64,000 bases of DNA, taken from assembly GCA_047602425.1 (NCBI GenBank), contig JASGHG010000001.1:1856001-1920000 (forward strand), given 5' to 3'. The DNA is from Nibricoccus sp. (GTDB taxonomy: Bacteria > Verrucomicrobiota > Verrucomicrobiia > Opitutales > Opitutaceae). Made by a program: the position numbers and the translations under genes. The notes beneath the pieces are model-generated. The model was given only the letters and a program-made list of their open reading frames with translations. It was not told where the DNA came from and did no database searches. Every line of letters starts with the position of its first letter. The first letter of the stretch is position 1. Below are positions 9,621 to 19,790 of this stretch, piece by piece.

Positions 9621-11198
9621 TTATACTTTACCGCGGCGCGCTTCGAGCTGTTGGCGAATTTCAGCCATCTTTGCCTGCGTGAGCGGATAACGTGAGAGCG
9701 CGATCAACGCGACGATCATGCCGACAACCGGGATTGCAGCCAGCAGCAGGCGGATCATGAACAAGGTGTGATCGGACTGGTTGCCTTCTAGCTTGGGATC
9801 GTAACCGACCCATTCGAGAATGAAAAAGGAACAACCAGCCCCCATCGCCATGCCCACTTTCGAAATCCAGGAGACACAGGCCGAGAACGAGCCTTCGCGA
9901 CGACGTCCCGTCTGCAACTCGTCGTAATCGACAACATCGGCCAGCAACGAATAGAACAACATCCAAAATCCAGCGCCCGTAAACGCAGTGAAGCCACAGG
10001 TCAAAAGCTGCAGCCAGCCGTAATTGGGATTATAGAGCCACCACGTACCGATAAAACCGAGGATGGCGGCGGAAAACACGACGGCCATCGTCAAGTTTTT
10101 GCCGGCACGGCGCGCGATAAAACCGAACACACGAATACCTGCCAAACCAAACACCAGGCCGGCAAGACCCATGAGAAAATTCCATCCATTGGCCTCGGTC
10201 ACCCGGCCGCGGCATACATAATAGACGGTGGCGGCGTAGCCGAGCGTGCCGACCATGCTTGTGCCAAGGTTGTAGGCGAGGTTCATTGCCACCTGAGTCT
10301 GAAACGGTTTGCACCGGAGCGTTTGCCAAAGCGTTTCCTTGATGGAAATTTTCTCCTGCTTTCCGGCGACCACAAGTTTGCCGTAGTATCGCTCTCGCAC
10401 CAAAGCGACGCAGGTGAGTCCCGCGATGACAATGCCGACGCCGGCGATGGAACAAAAAACGAGCCCGCCAACGAGGATATTGGGTTTACCCTCAGCGAGA
10501 TTGCTCCACTCGCTTGGAAGCGTGAACAACAACTGCTTCAAGCGTGCGAAGACCGCCATCGGGACCTGCGGCAGGCGTTCGAGCGCATTCTGGTGTGTGG
10601 CTCCTTCCCAAAGCGAAAGGGTGAAAAACTGCCCCGCAAAAAATAATCCCACTTCGGGAATTTTCTGAATCGCGTATTTGTAGGAAAAAACGCTCGTGCG
10701 CTCGTGGTAATCCGGTGTGAGTTCATTACCGAGACTGAGCCATGGCATGTTGAAGCAACTCACGATTGGCAGATAGAGCGCCGAAGAGCCGATCATGAAC
10801 CAGAAGTAGTTTGAGATTTCCTTTCCGAAGATATGCGTGGAACCCCAGCCTCCCGGGACCGCCACAAGCATCGGCAAACCGATGCCAGCCAAGATCGCGC
10901 CCGCGAACATGTATGGACGACGACGACCCCACCGCGAACGCGTGTTATCCGAGAGCCAGCCGAATAACGGATCCGACACGGCATCGATCACGCGATTCAA
11001 AATCACTGCCACGCCGATCAGCCACGAAGGAACCCTGAGGTACATCCCAAAAACCATGAACGCGATGTTGGGGTACAGCCAGTGCCCCCACATGTCGATA
11101 AACGTGCCCAAGCCGTAGCCGACTTTTTGGGAAACCGGGACTTTGTCACTTGGGGTTTGTTGCGTGGCGTCGTGGGAGGAATCAGCCGTGGCCTGCAT
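9621..11198 (-). CDS. MFS transporter, glycoside-pentoside-hexuronide (MelB-like) family
   Basis: DAVSDPLFGWLSDNTRSRWGRRRPY, ADVVDYDELQTGRRREG; many hydrophobic helices. Confidence 0.9.
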   Translation of the reverse strand: MQATADSSHDATQQTPSDKVPVSQKVGYGLGTFIDMWGHWLYPNIAFMVFGMYLRVPSWLIGVAVILNRVIDAVSDPLFGWLSDNTRSRWGRRRPYMFAGAILAGIGLPMLVAVPGGWGSTHIFGKEISNYFWFMIGSSALYLPIVSCFNMPWLSLGNELTPDYHERTSVFSYKYAIQKIPEVGLFFAGQFFTLSLWEGATHQNALERLPQVPMAVFARLKQLLFTLPSEWSNLAEGKPNILVGGLVFCSIAGVGIVIAGLTCVALVRERYYGKLVVAGKQEKISIKETLWQTLRCKPFQTQVAMNLAYNLGTSMVGTLGYAATVYYVCRGRVTEANGWNFLMGLAGLVFGLAGIRVFGFIARRAGKNLTMAVVFSAAILGFIGTWWLYNPNYGWLQLLTCGFTAFTGAGFWMLFYSLLADVVDYDELQTGRRREGSFSACVSWISKVGMAMGAGCSFFILEWVGYDPKLEGNQSDHTLFMIRLLLAAIPVVGMIVALIALSRYPLTQAKMAEIRQQLEARRGKV

Positions 11199-11464
11199 GC
11201 GGAAGCGGGATTTCGGGGTTTGCGGGGTGATTTTGCGTTAAATTAGGACCCAAGTCGTCTCATGCAATGCCTAAATCGCCGTGTCCTCATCAATTCTTCG
11301 AGGAGGTTCCGTTGTTTTTAAGAAAAACCTGTTTCGCCAAACTTCCGCCCGCCGACACGGTCGATCTGTTTGGCACAATCGCCGAAGCCCTCATTCTCAT
11401 GCTTGCGGGCCTCGATGTCCGTGCTTTCCATTCTCGTAAATTAGTGTGCAGTAAAGAGCACTCC

Positions 11465-12472
11465 ATGCCCGAAGAAGCCACGCCACCTCCTCCGCCTCCA
11501 GCGATCGAAGTCAAAAACCTCGTCAAGAACTACGCCGGTGTCGCCGCCGTGAGCGACGTGAGCTTCACCGTGCAGCGCGGCGAAATCATTGGCTTTCTCG
11601 GACCGAATGGCGCCGGCAAGAGCACCACGATGCGCATTCTCACCGGGTTCCTTCCCGCCACTTCCGGCGTGGTCAATCTCTGCGGCGTGCCTGTCGCGAG
11701 CGAACCCGACGTCATCAAACGACTGATCGGCTACATGCCGGAAAATAATCCCCTGCCGGAGGAAATGCGTGTTTCCGAGTATCTGCATTATCGCGGCCGC
11801 CTGAAGGAAGTTCCCCGCCGCAAGCTCAGCGCGCGCATCGAAGAGGTGCTGGAGCTGTGCGACTTGAAGCGCGTGCGGCACCGGATCATCGGGAAACTTT
11901 CCAAGGGCAACCGCCAGCGCGTGGGCATCGCCGAGGCCGTGCTTGCCGAACCACCTGTTATCATCATGGACGAGCCTACGATCGGCCTCGATCCGCATCA
12001 AATTTTGAAGGTGCGCGACCTCATCGGCAATTTGCGCGGCCGCATGACCGTGCTCATCTCCAGTCACATCCTGCCCGAAATCGAGATGACCTGCGACCGC
12101 GTCGTCATCATCAATCAGGGCCGCATCGTCGCCACCGGCACGCCCAACGACCTGCGCCGCGAAATCATCGGCCATTCCGTCTACCAGCTGGAAATCAATG
12201 GCGAACTGGCCGAAATCGCCAACGCGATCACAAGAGTCGAACCCACGCTCGTCATTGCGAGGCAAAGCGAACCCGACGCCACCGGCTTTCGCACCCTGCA
12301 TCTCACCACCGGCCGCGATGACCCGCTGGGCGAGGAATTGCTCCGCGCGCTTGCGGGCGACACGCGTTTCCGAGTCCGCAGTCTTGCCCGCGAAACGCCG
12401 TCGCTGGAAGACGTCTTCCTCGCCGCGACACGCCGCACCTGGGAAATGGTCGACGCACCGGCCAAGCCCTGA
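11465..12472 (+). CDS. ABC transporter ATP-binding protein (GldA-like)
   Basis: GPNGAGKST, LSKGNRQRV, IMDEPTIGLD, SSH; start re-assigned to MPEEAT. Confidence 0.9.
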   Translation: MPEEATPPPPPPAIEVKNLVKNYAGVAAVSDVSFTVQRGEIIGFLGPNGAGKSTTMRILTGFLPATSGVVNLCGVPVASEPDVIKRLIGYMPENNPLPEEMRVSEYLHYRGRLKEVPRRKLSARIEEVLELCDLKRVRHRIIGKLSKGNRQRVGIAEAVLAEPPVIIMDEPTIGLDPHQILKVRDLIGNLRGRMTVLISSHILPEIEMTCDRVVIINQGRIVATGTPNDLRREIIGHSVYQLEINGELAEIANAITRVEPTLVIARQSEPDATGFRTLHLTTGRDDPLGEELLRALAGDTRFRVRSLARETPSLEDVFLAATRRTWEMVDAPAKP

Positions 12473-12528
12473 CTACAACCATTTTCGACCACTAAACCAG
12501 ACTTGGGATATTTCGAAACCGTTTTCCT

Positions 12529-13290
12529 GTGAAACATTTTTTCACCATTCTCAGCCACGAGATCCGCATGTTGTTGGTCAGTCCGAGCACCTACATTGCC
12601 GCGACCATTTTTCTGGCCATCATGGGGGCGATTTTCACCTCGATGCTGGATTACTACAGCAAAGCCGCGCAAGAGGTGACGCCCGCTGTGCAGTTTTTCC
12701 AATACTTCTGGGTGCCGGTGCTCATCATGGTCCCCTTGCTGACCATGAAAAGCATCGCCGAGGAACGCCGGCTCGGAACGCTGGAGACCCTTCTGACCAC
12801 GCCCGTGACAACGACCGAGGTCGTCGTTGGGAAATTCTTCGCCGCCTACTTTCTTTATATGGCTTTGTGGGCTTGCACCGGCGGGCTCTTCTTCATCCTC
12901 CACAAGTTCGCCCTCGACACCCGTTTCATCGAGCAAGGCCCACTCGTCGGCGGCTATATCTTCGTTACGATCTCGGGACTGCTCTTCGTTTCCATCGGCA
13001 TTTTTTGCAGTTCCCTCGCGCGCAACCAGGCCGTGGCCGGCATTCTCTGCTGCTTCCTGCTTTTCATTTTGATCGTGGGCCTGAGCTTTCTGACCGGAGT
13101 GGATTTTTTGCGAACCGAAGTGATGAAGCCCGTGGAGACTGCCGTAAATCATGCCCAGGTTTTTCAGCACCTCACCGATTTCAGCCGAGGCATTGTCGAT
13201 ATACGCCAGGTGTTGTTTTACGTGAGCGGCACGGTGCTCGCGCTGATTTTCAGCATCTTTACCGTCGAGGTAAAACTCCTGCACAGCTGA
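12529..13290 (+). CDS. ABC-2 permease (GldF-like)
   Basis: PLLTMKSIAEERRLGTLETLLTTPV...VVGKF; about six TM segments. Confidence 0.9.
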   Translation: MKHFFTILSHEIRMLLVSPSTYIAATIFLAIMGAIFTSMLDYYSKAAQEVTPAVQFFQYFWVPVLIMVPLLTMKSIAEERRLGTLETLLTTPVTTTEVVVGKFFAAYFLYMALWACTGGLFFILHKFALDTRFIEQGPLVGGYIFVTISGLLFVSIGIFCSSLARNQAVAGILCCFLLFILIVGLSFLTGVDFLRTEVMKPVETAVNHAQVFQHLTDFSRGIVDIRQVLFYVSGTVLALIFSIFTVEVKLLHS

Positions 13291-13300
13291 GCCCACCGAC

Positions 13301-14824
13301 ATGAAACTCGTCAAAAGCTTTCGCGCCAACCGCTGGATCCGCACCACCAATCTGGTGCTGCAGGCCATCCTGTTTTTCACGTTCTTCGCCGGCCTGAACT
13401 ATTTGGCCATTCGCCATCCATGGCGCGTCGATCTCACCCATCTTCGCAGCCAGTCGCTTTCCGGCGAAACACTCGCCTATCTCAAAAAACTCACGCAGCC
13501 CGTCAAAATCATCGTCACGCTGCGCAAACCCGATGAGAACGACGATTCGGCGCTTGCCCAAGCTTACCGCGATCTCACCGCGCTCCTCCGCGAATACGTC
13601 TACGCCACCGAGGGCAATCCCGCCGGTCGCGTCACTTTCGAGTGCATCGATGTCTACCAGCGCAGCCGCGAGGCCCGCGAACTCGAGCTCAACGAACCAG
13701 GCCCTACCCTCGTGCAATGCGGTGAGAAAAAGCACCATGTAGGCCCCGACGAACTTTATCTGATCGAACAAAAAGAAAAGAAAGCCTTCCTCGGCGAACA
13801 GGCCATTACTGCAGCCATCCTCGACGTTTCCAGCGCGGATAAAAAGAAAATCTATTTCCTCAATGGTCACGGCGAAATGGATCCCAACAGCACCAACGAC
13901 GACCAGGGTCTCTCCGCGCTCGCCGCCGAACTGCGCTATCGCAATTTCGAAGTCGACCGCCTCGATCTTACCACCCGCGGTCGCATTCCCAACGACGCCA
14001 CCCTCATCATCTCCGCCGGACAGGGCCAGATGAACCGCTACAACGCCGCCGAGGAGGAACTCCTGCGCCAATATCTTGCCAATAGCACCAGCGATCGTCC
14101 CGGCCGCCTGCTCCTTTTCATTCCGCCCGGCCTCCCCATGAATCCGCAGCTGGAAGCCACCGGACTTGAAAATCTCCTCTATGATTGGGGCATTTTGGCC
14201 GACGATGTCTTCGTTCGCGACCTCAATCCCAATAGCATCAGCGACAACGAGGATCTGATCATCGATTTCTTCGACGAGAAACATGACATCTCGAAGATGT
14301 TTGCCGCTAACAATCTTAAAATCCGTTTCGGTGCCGCCCGCAGCATACGCGTCAACCCGAGCCGCGCCACCGACGAAAGCCTCTCCGTCACCCGGCTCGC
14401 CGGAACCCGTTCCGAACTCGCTTGGGGCGAACGCAGTTACCGAACCAGACCTTACCGCTACAATTCCGGCATCGATCTTCCCGGAAAACAGATCGGTTTC
14501 GCCGTCGCCTCCGAGCGCGGTTCGGCCAAGGACAAGAATCTGGGCTACAACGTCCAGGGTGGCCGCGTCGTCGCTTTCGCCAGTTCCGACTTCATCGCCA
14601 ACAATCGTCTGAGCAACGAAGGCAATCTCACCTTCGTTCTCTCCAGCATCAACTGGCTCACCGGCCGCGGCACTGTGCTCAACGTTCAAGCCCGCCCCAT
14701 CCAGAAATTCCAACTCACCCTCAACCAACGCGAACTCGAACGCCTCCGCTACAGCCTTCTTGGGGTGTTGCCCGCCCTCGCCGGCTTGCTCGGCCTCATC
14801 GTCTACTGGACCCGCCGAAGCTAA
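13301..14824 (+). CDS. GldG-family ABC auxiliary protein
   Basis: RVDLT...SLSGET, KKIYFLNGHGE, N- and C-terminal TM helices; follows the GldAF-like pair. Confidence 0.85.
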   Translation: MKLVKSFRANRWIRTTNLVLQAILFFTFFAGLNYLAIRHPWRVDLTHLRSQSLSGETLAYLKKLTQPVKIIVTLRKPDENDDSALAQAYRDLTALLREYVYATEGNPAGRVTFECIDVYQRSREARELELNEPGPTLVQCGEKKHHVGPDELYLIEQKEKKAFLGEQAITAAILDVSSADKKKIYFLNGHGEMDPNSTNDDQGLSALAAELRYRNFEVDRLDLTTRGRIPNDATLIISAGQGQMNRYNAAEEELLRQYLANSTSDRPGRLLLFIPPGLPMNPQLEATGLENLLYDWGILADDVFVRDLNPNSISDNEDLIIDFFDEKHDISKMFAANNLKIRFGAARSIRVNPSRATDESLSVTRLAGTRSELAWGERSYRTRPYRYNSGIDLPGKQIGFAVASERGSAKDKNLGYNVQGGRVVAFASSDFIANNRLSNEGNLTFVLSSINWLTGRGTVLNVQARPIQKFQLTLNQRELERLRYSLLGVLPALAGLLGLIVYWTRRS

Positions 14825-14848
14825 ATCTTCACCACCGCTAAATTTCCC

Positions 14849-16846
14849 ATGCGCACCAAGGTCACGCTTATCCTTCTTTTGCTGAACGTCGCGCTCTTCG
14901 CCTTCATCTACTATACGCGCGTCGACGATGTCGTCAAAGACACTGCCATCCTCGGACCCGAGACCTCCAATATCCAGACGCTGGTGATTGCCACGGCCAG
15001 CGCCGATACACCGGTCAAAAAAATCGAGCGCGGCGGCCCGGACGTCGCGTGGACTCTCACCGAGCCCCTCCAGTGGCCCGCGAAAGAACACGCCGTTCAC
15101 CGCATTATCAGTGAACTGCAGCAGCTTCGCCCCGACGCCAGTTTCGCCGTCTCCACCATAGAAAAAGCCGGTCAAACTCTCGACAATTACGGTCTCGAAA
15201 AACCGCTGATCACGCTCACCTACACCCCCGCCGCCACCACACCAAACACTACACCTAAAAGCGTTGTGCTTAAAATCGGCAGCGCCACTCCCGCCGGCAA
15301 CCGCATTTACATTCTCTCTCCCGACGGCGAACAAATCCACGTCGTCAATCGCAGCCTGGCCGAAAGCCTTTCCCTTCCTCTCGAAGACCTCCGTGCCGAT
15401 ACCCTATTTTCCATCCAGGTTTTCGAAGTTCGCACCTTTAAACTCCAGCCGCCCGGCAATGCCGTCGCCACCAGCATCAACTACGACAACAACCGCTTCG
15501 TCTTCCAATCGCCTTTCAAGGACAACGATGTCCGCGCCAACAAAGCCGAGACCGTGCTCACCATCAACAAGCTCCAGGCCCTCCGCGTGAAGGAGTTCCT
15601 CGACCCACGCACCATCGACAATACCCGCACCGGCCTCGCTGCGCCCTCGCTTCAAATCACCCTCATCGGCAATAACCGCCGGGAAACCCTCCTTCTCGGA
15701 TCGACGGTCGAGCCCACCTCGACAAATCCACCCCCCGTCACCACACCCGGCGCCGATTCGTCTCCAACCATTGAATACTACGCCAAGATGGAGGACAAAG
15801 CACCAATCTTCAAAATCGCGCTCCCGGTCAAACTCGTCGAAACCCTCGACAATGCCCAGGAAGACCTCCGCGACCGGCAGGTGCTCGACTTCGATCCCGC
15901 CAATGTCACCACCGTGACGCTGTCCGCGCCCAACACGCCCCAAGTCACACTTCAGCGCCTTGACTCCGCCGCCCCGGGTTCCGCCACGACCTCCTGGCAG
16001 GTGGTCCGCAACAACGGCGAAAGCGGTCCGCAGACGTACCCGGCCGACCATGAACGTATCGCCAAACTTCTCGAAAAGCTCGCCCGGCTCTCCGCTGAAA
16101 AATTCGTCGACGACGCCCCTTCGGCTTCCGCTCTGGAAGACTTCGGTTTCAATCGGCCTGCCCGCGAAATTTCCCTGACACTCGCCCGCCCCCAGCCCGG
16201 CGCCGCCGGAACCGTCACCACCCTTCAGATTGGAGCCAAATCTGAAGACGATCCAGTGACCTTCGCCAAACTGACTTCGCACCGCTACATCTACCGAGTC
16301 GCTTCAAGCATTCTCGCGGATACCCCAACCACGGTCCTGGCATACCGCAACCGTCTGATCCGCGAACTTCCCGTCGGCGCCCAGATCACCGCCCTCAAAC
16401 TCACTTCTCTCGATCCGGCCAGCAACAACGCCGTCCTTCTCGACGTCACCCTTCCCCTCTCCGACACTGCAACGCCGGACGTCCTGCCTCCCCAGCGCCG
16501 CGCCGCGATCGAAGCTCTTGCCTCCCAGCTTCGCTCATTGCGCGCCAAAAACCTGCTTCGCGAAGAATTCCCCACCAACCTCTCCATTGCGGGCGTACAA
16601 CGCCCCTGGCGCTATCGTTTGGACACCACCCTCACTTTGGTCGGCGGCGCGAGCACCCAAACCACCACCCATACCCTCTATTTCACCGAGCGTCTCGGCG
16701 GCACCACGCAGTACGTCGGCTCACCCGACCTTCTCCTCGTCTTCGAAGCCGAACAGCCCTTGATCGATACGCTTTTCACCCTTGTCTACGGCTCGAAGGA
16801 CCCCGGCCCTACGCCGGAACCACCCGTCACTCCTAAAACTCCCTGA
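14849..16846 (+). CDS. DUF4340-like repeat-domain protein
   Basis: N-terminal anchor; repeated W...P...A / YGLEKP, FGFNRP motifs; typical position after GldG. Confidence 0.7.
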   Translation: MRTKVTLILLLLNVALFAFIYYTRVDDVVKDTAILGPETSNIQTLVIATASADTPVKKIERGGPDVAWTLTEPLQWPAKEHAVHRIISELQQLRPDASFAVSTIEKAGQTLDNYGLEKPLITLTYTPAATTPNTTPKSVVLKIGSATPAGNRIYILSPDGEQIHVVNRSLAESLSLPLEDLRADTLFSIQVFEVRTFKLQPPGNAVATSINYDNNRFVFQSPFKDNDVRANKAETVLTINKLQALRVKEFLDPRTIDNTRTGLAAPSLQITLIGNNRRETLLLGSTVEPTSTNPPPVTTPGADSSPTIEYYAKMEDKAPIFKIALPVKLVETLDNAQEDLRDRQVLDFDPANVTTVTLSAPNTPQVTLQRLDSAAPGSATTSWQVVRNNGESGPQTYPADHERIAKLLEKLARLSAEKFVDDAPSASALEDFGFNRPAREISLTLARPQPGAAGTVTTLQIGAKSEDDPVTFAKLTSHRYIYRVASSILADTPTTVLAYRNRLIRELPVGAQITALKLTSLDPASNNAVLLDVTLPLSDTATPDVLPPQRRAAIEALASQLRSLRAKNLLREEFPTNLSIAGVQRPWRYRLDTTLTLVGGASTQTTTHTLYFTERLGGTTQYVGSPDLLLVFEAEQPLIDTLFTLVYGSKDPGPTPEPPVTPKTP

Positions 16847-16878
16847 GCCGGCCCGCGCCCGATCAGACCGCCATCGCC

Positions 16879-19710
16879 ATGAAACTGCTCCGTGCCTTCT
16901 GGCTGTTTGGCAAATGGTGCGCCGATTGCCTGCGTGACATCGCGCTTGTGTTTCTTTGGTTGTTTCTCGGCGCGATTCTGCTCGTTCAGATCAGCGTTGT
17001 TGCCAACCACCAGCTTCCCATGCCGGGCTGGATGCTTCGTAAGATTGAAACGCGCCTCAATACGGCCGGCCTCAAGATTCAGATCGGGCACGCTTCCATC
17101 GATACCACCGGTCGACTCAGCCTCGAAGATCTAAAGTTCACCCCGCTCACCTTTGACTCGCCCCTCGCGACCGTCGAAAATCTCCGCATCAGGCTCCAGC
17201 CTCTTGCGCTGCTCGCCGGTGAAATAAAACCCCTCTACATCCGCGTCAAAGGCCTGAGCCTCCTTCTGCCAGCCATGTTCTCCACGTCCGGGCAGGCCGA
17301 GGCCGTGATCAGCGATTTCAACCTCGCCTTCGGGCCGTCCGCGGAAAACTTCGCGCCCGATCAAGTTTCCGGCCGGGCCGGTGGCTTGACCTTCGACCTC
17401 CACGGATCCCTCGACCGTCCGCTCGATTTATTTTCGAAACCAGGAACAACACCCAATTTCTTCGGCTTCGACCCCGTCTTTCTCAAACGTTACGTAGACC
17501 ATGCCCGTACGCTCTCCCGCTTTTCCGCCGAGTTCGCCGCCTTCGATCATCCACATCTGTCCGTCGAACTGCTCCCCATCGGCACCGCCCGGTTCACGCT
17601 CACCGGCGGCAAACTCGAAACCGATCTCGCCCGGTTAAGCCCCAAGGCAGGCCGTCTCCGCGCCGAGGGCATTCGCCTGTTCACCAGTGTTTCTTTGCGC
17701 AAAACCCTACCCGATACCGTCGCCCTCCAAATCTCCTGCGCCCATGCCGGCACCACCACGGGCGCCGAGGTTCGCAACGTATTCTGCCGCGCCGTTCTCA
17801 AACTGCCGACCCAAAACGAACCGCTCTCTTTCGCCAATGCCGTTGTATCGACGTCCGTCGCCAGCCTCAGCCCCGTCACCCTCCGCGGTGCCGTAGCCGA
17901 GATAACCAGCACGGGACCCGACCGCGTCGCCGCTGAGTTCTGCACCGAAACACTCGGCGCCAAATGGTACGCAAGGGCAGACGCCGACACCGCCAACGGC
18001 CGCGCAGGTGTCTTCCTTCGCGGCGCGCTCACCAACGAGATCATCCAGCAGGTCGCACCCCGCCTTGGCATTGAAGCCGAAGTCCTCCTTAAACTCAGCG
18101 CACCCGCTCCGTTGGATTTCAAACTGGCATTTGGCGATAACTGGAAATTCCGCAACGCCCGCGGACACCTCAAGAGCGGCTACCTTGTCGGCTACCATGT
18201 TCCTTACAACGAAATCGAGGGAGACATCGATTTCGACGGCACGGAATTGCTGTGTCACAACCTCGCCGCTCGCCAGGGCGAAAACCACGCCACCGGTTCC
18301 TACTGGATGAATGTGCACACTAACCAATTCCGCTTCCTACTGGCCGGCCAGCTCCGCCCGCTCAACATCTCGGGTTACTTCGATTCATGGTGGCCGAATT
18401 TTTGGAAGTTTTTCGATTTCCCCGCCTCCGTGCCAACGGCGGATGTCGACGTCGCTGGCTTCTGGCACACGCCCCGTCACACCTCTGTCTTCGTCAGCGC
18501 GGACGTCACTCGGCCCGCGATGAATGGCATCACCTTCGACCGCCTGCGCACGACCATGTTTATCCGCCCACACTTTTACCACGCGCTCTCGCTCAAACTC
18601 GATCAAGGTGATCGCAATGCCAGCGGTTCGTTCATGCGGGTGGTCGATTTTCATCGTGAAACGGACGACCTCAAGACCATCGATTTCGATTTCACCACCA
18701 ATCTCGACCTCCAGGAAACCGCGCGCATTTTCGGCAAAGAAGGCGCTGAAACCGTGGAGCCCTTTACCTTCGGCCAGCCGCCCAACCTCCATCTCGTCGG
18801 ACACGTCGACGGCCCCGCGTCCGATCGTGGCGCTCACCGCAACATTCAGTTGGACCTCACGTCCACGGGTCCTTTCGCCCTCTATCATTTCCCTCTCAAC
18901 GATCTTTCTTTCCAAGGCACCATTCGCGACGACGAAATCATTCTCTCCGATATCCGCGTCGCTTTTGCCAGCGGTCGCGCCACTGGCACCGCTCGTATTC
19001 ATGGACCCGATACCAATCGCCAGCTCAGCTTCGATTGCACGCTGAAGGATGCTTTGCTCGGCGAGGCCATCACCACGCTCGAAGGTTATTCCGCCCGCTC
19101 ACGCGGCGAACCGCCACCCGCCCAAAGCCGTTTTCAACAGCAAAATGCCCAGGGCCGCCTCAATCTCGATCTAGGCGCCCAAGGTCTCTACAGCGATCCT
19201 TTCAGCTACTTCGGCCACGGCCACATGGAACTCACCAGCGCGCAACTCGCCCAGGTCAATCTGCTCGGCTCGCTCTCCCAACTTCTCAGCAAAACCCCGC
19301 TTTTCCGTTTCACTGCCCTCCAACTAAAGGAGGCGCGCTGCAGCTTCGTCCTCGAACGCGACAAGATCACCTTCCCCGACCTCAAGATCACCGGCACCAA
19401 TGCCGTCATTGACACCACCGGCGCTTTCCAGCTCGACAAGAAAGTCGTCGACTTCACCGCGCGCCTTTATCCCTTCGGCCAGGGTCGCAATGCCCTCGCC
19501 AGCGCGGCCGGGTTCCTTCTTGTTCCCCTTACCAACGCACTAGAGCTAAAACTCTCCGGCCGCATCGATCAACCCCACTGGCGTTTCACCTACGGCCCCA
19601 CCAGTTTCCTGTATAACATCACCGGGGCCAAACCCAACGAAAACCTCCCCGAAAATCCATCGGCCCCAAGCGGTCCCCGCAAACTTCCCCAGCCATACCT
19701 GCGGCGCTGA
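16879..19710 (+). CDS. AsmA-like membrane-anchored beta-rich protein
   Basis: 943 aa, N-terminal TM, beta-strand-rich body, C-terminal LELKLSGRIDQPHW. Confidence 0.65.
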   Translation: MKLLRAFWLFGKWCADCLRDIALVFLWLFLGAILLVQISVVANHQLPMPGWMLRKIETRLNTAGLKIQIGHASIDTTGRLSLEDLKFTPLTFDSPLATVENLRIRLQPLALLAGEIKPLYIRVKGLSLLLPAMFSTSGQAEAVISDFNLAFGPSAENFAPDQVSGRAGGLTFDLHGSLDRPLDLFSKPGTTPNFFGFDPVFLKRYVDHARTLSRFSAEFAAFDHPHLSVELLPIGTARFTLTGGKLETDLARLSPKAGRLRAEGIRLFTSVSLRKTLPDTVALQISCAHAGTTTGAEVRNVFCRAVLKLPTQNEPLSFANAVVSTSVASLSPVTLRGAVAEITSTGPDRVAAEFCTETLGAKWYARADADTANGRAGVFLRGALTNEIIQQVAPRLGIEAEVLLKLSAPAPLDFKLAFGDNWKFRNARGHLKSGYLVGYHVPYNEIEGDIDFDGTELLCHNLAARQGENHATGSYWMNVHTNQFRFLLAGQLRPLNISGYFDSWWPNFWKFFDFPASVPTADVDVAGFWHTPRHTSVFVSADVTRPAMNGITFDRLRTTMFIRPHFYHALSLKLDQGDRNASGSFMRVVDFHRETDDLKTIDFDFTTNLDLQETARIFGKEGAETVEPFTFGQPPNLHLVGHVDGPASDRGAHRNIQLDLTSTGPFALYHFPLNDLSFQGTIRDDEIILSDIRVAFASGRATGTARIHGPDTNRQLSFDCTLKDALLGEAITTLEGYSARSRGEPPPAQSRFQQQNAQGRLNLDLGAQGLYSDPFSYFGHGHMELTSAQLAQVNLLGSLSQLLSKTPLFRFTALQLKEARCSFVLERDKITFPDLKITGTNAVIDTTGAFQLDKKVVDFTARLYPFGQGRNALASAAGFLLVPLTNALELKLSGRIDQPHWRFTYGPTSFLYNITGAKPNENLPENPSAPSGPRKLPQPYLRR

Positions 19711-19790
19711 AATCCGACGCCGCATCGTTTGCGCGAAACAACATTGCCGGAGCACCCGCAGCCGCTTTGACTGGGAACCGACGAACACGG

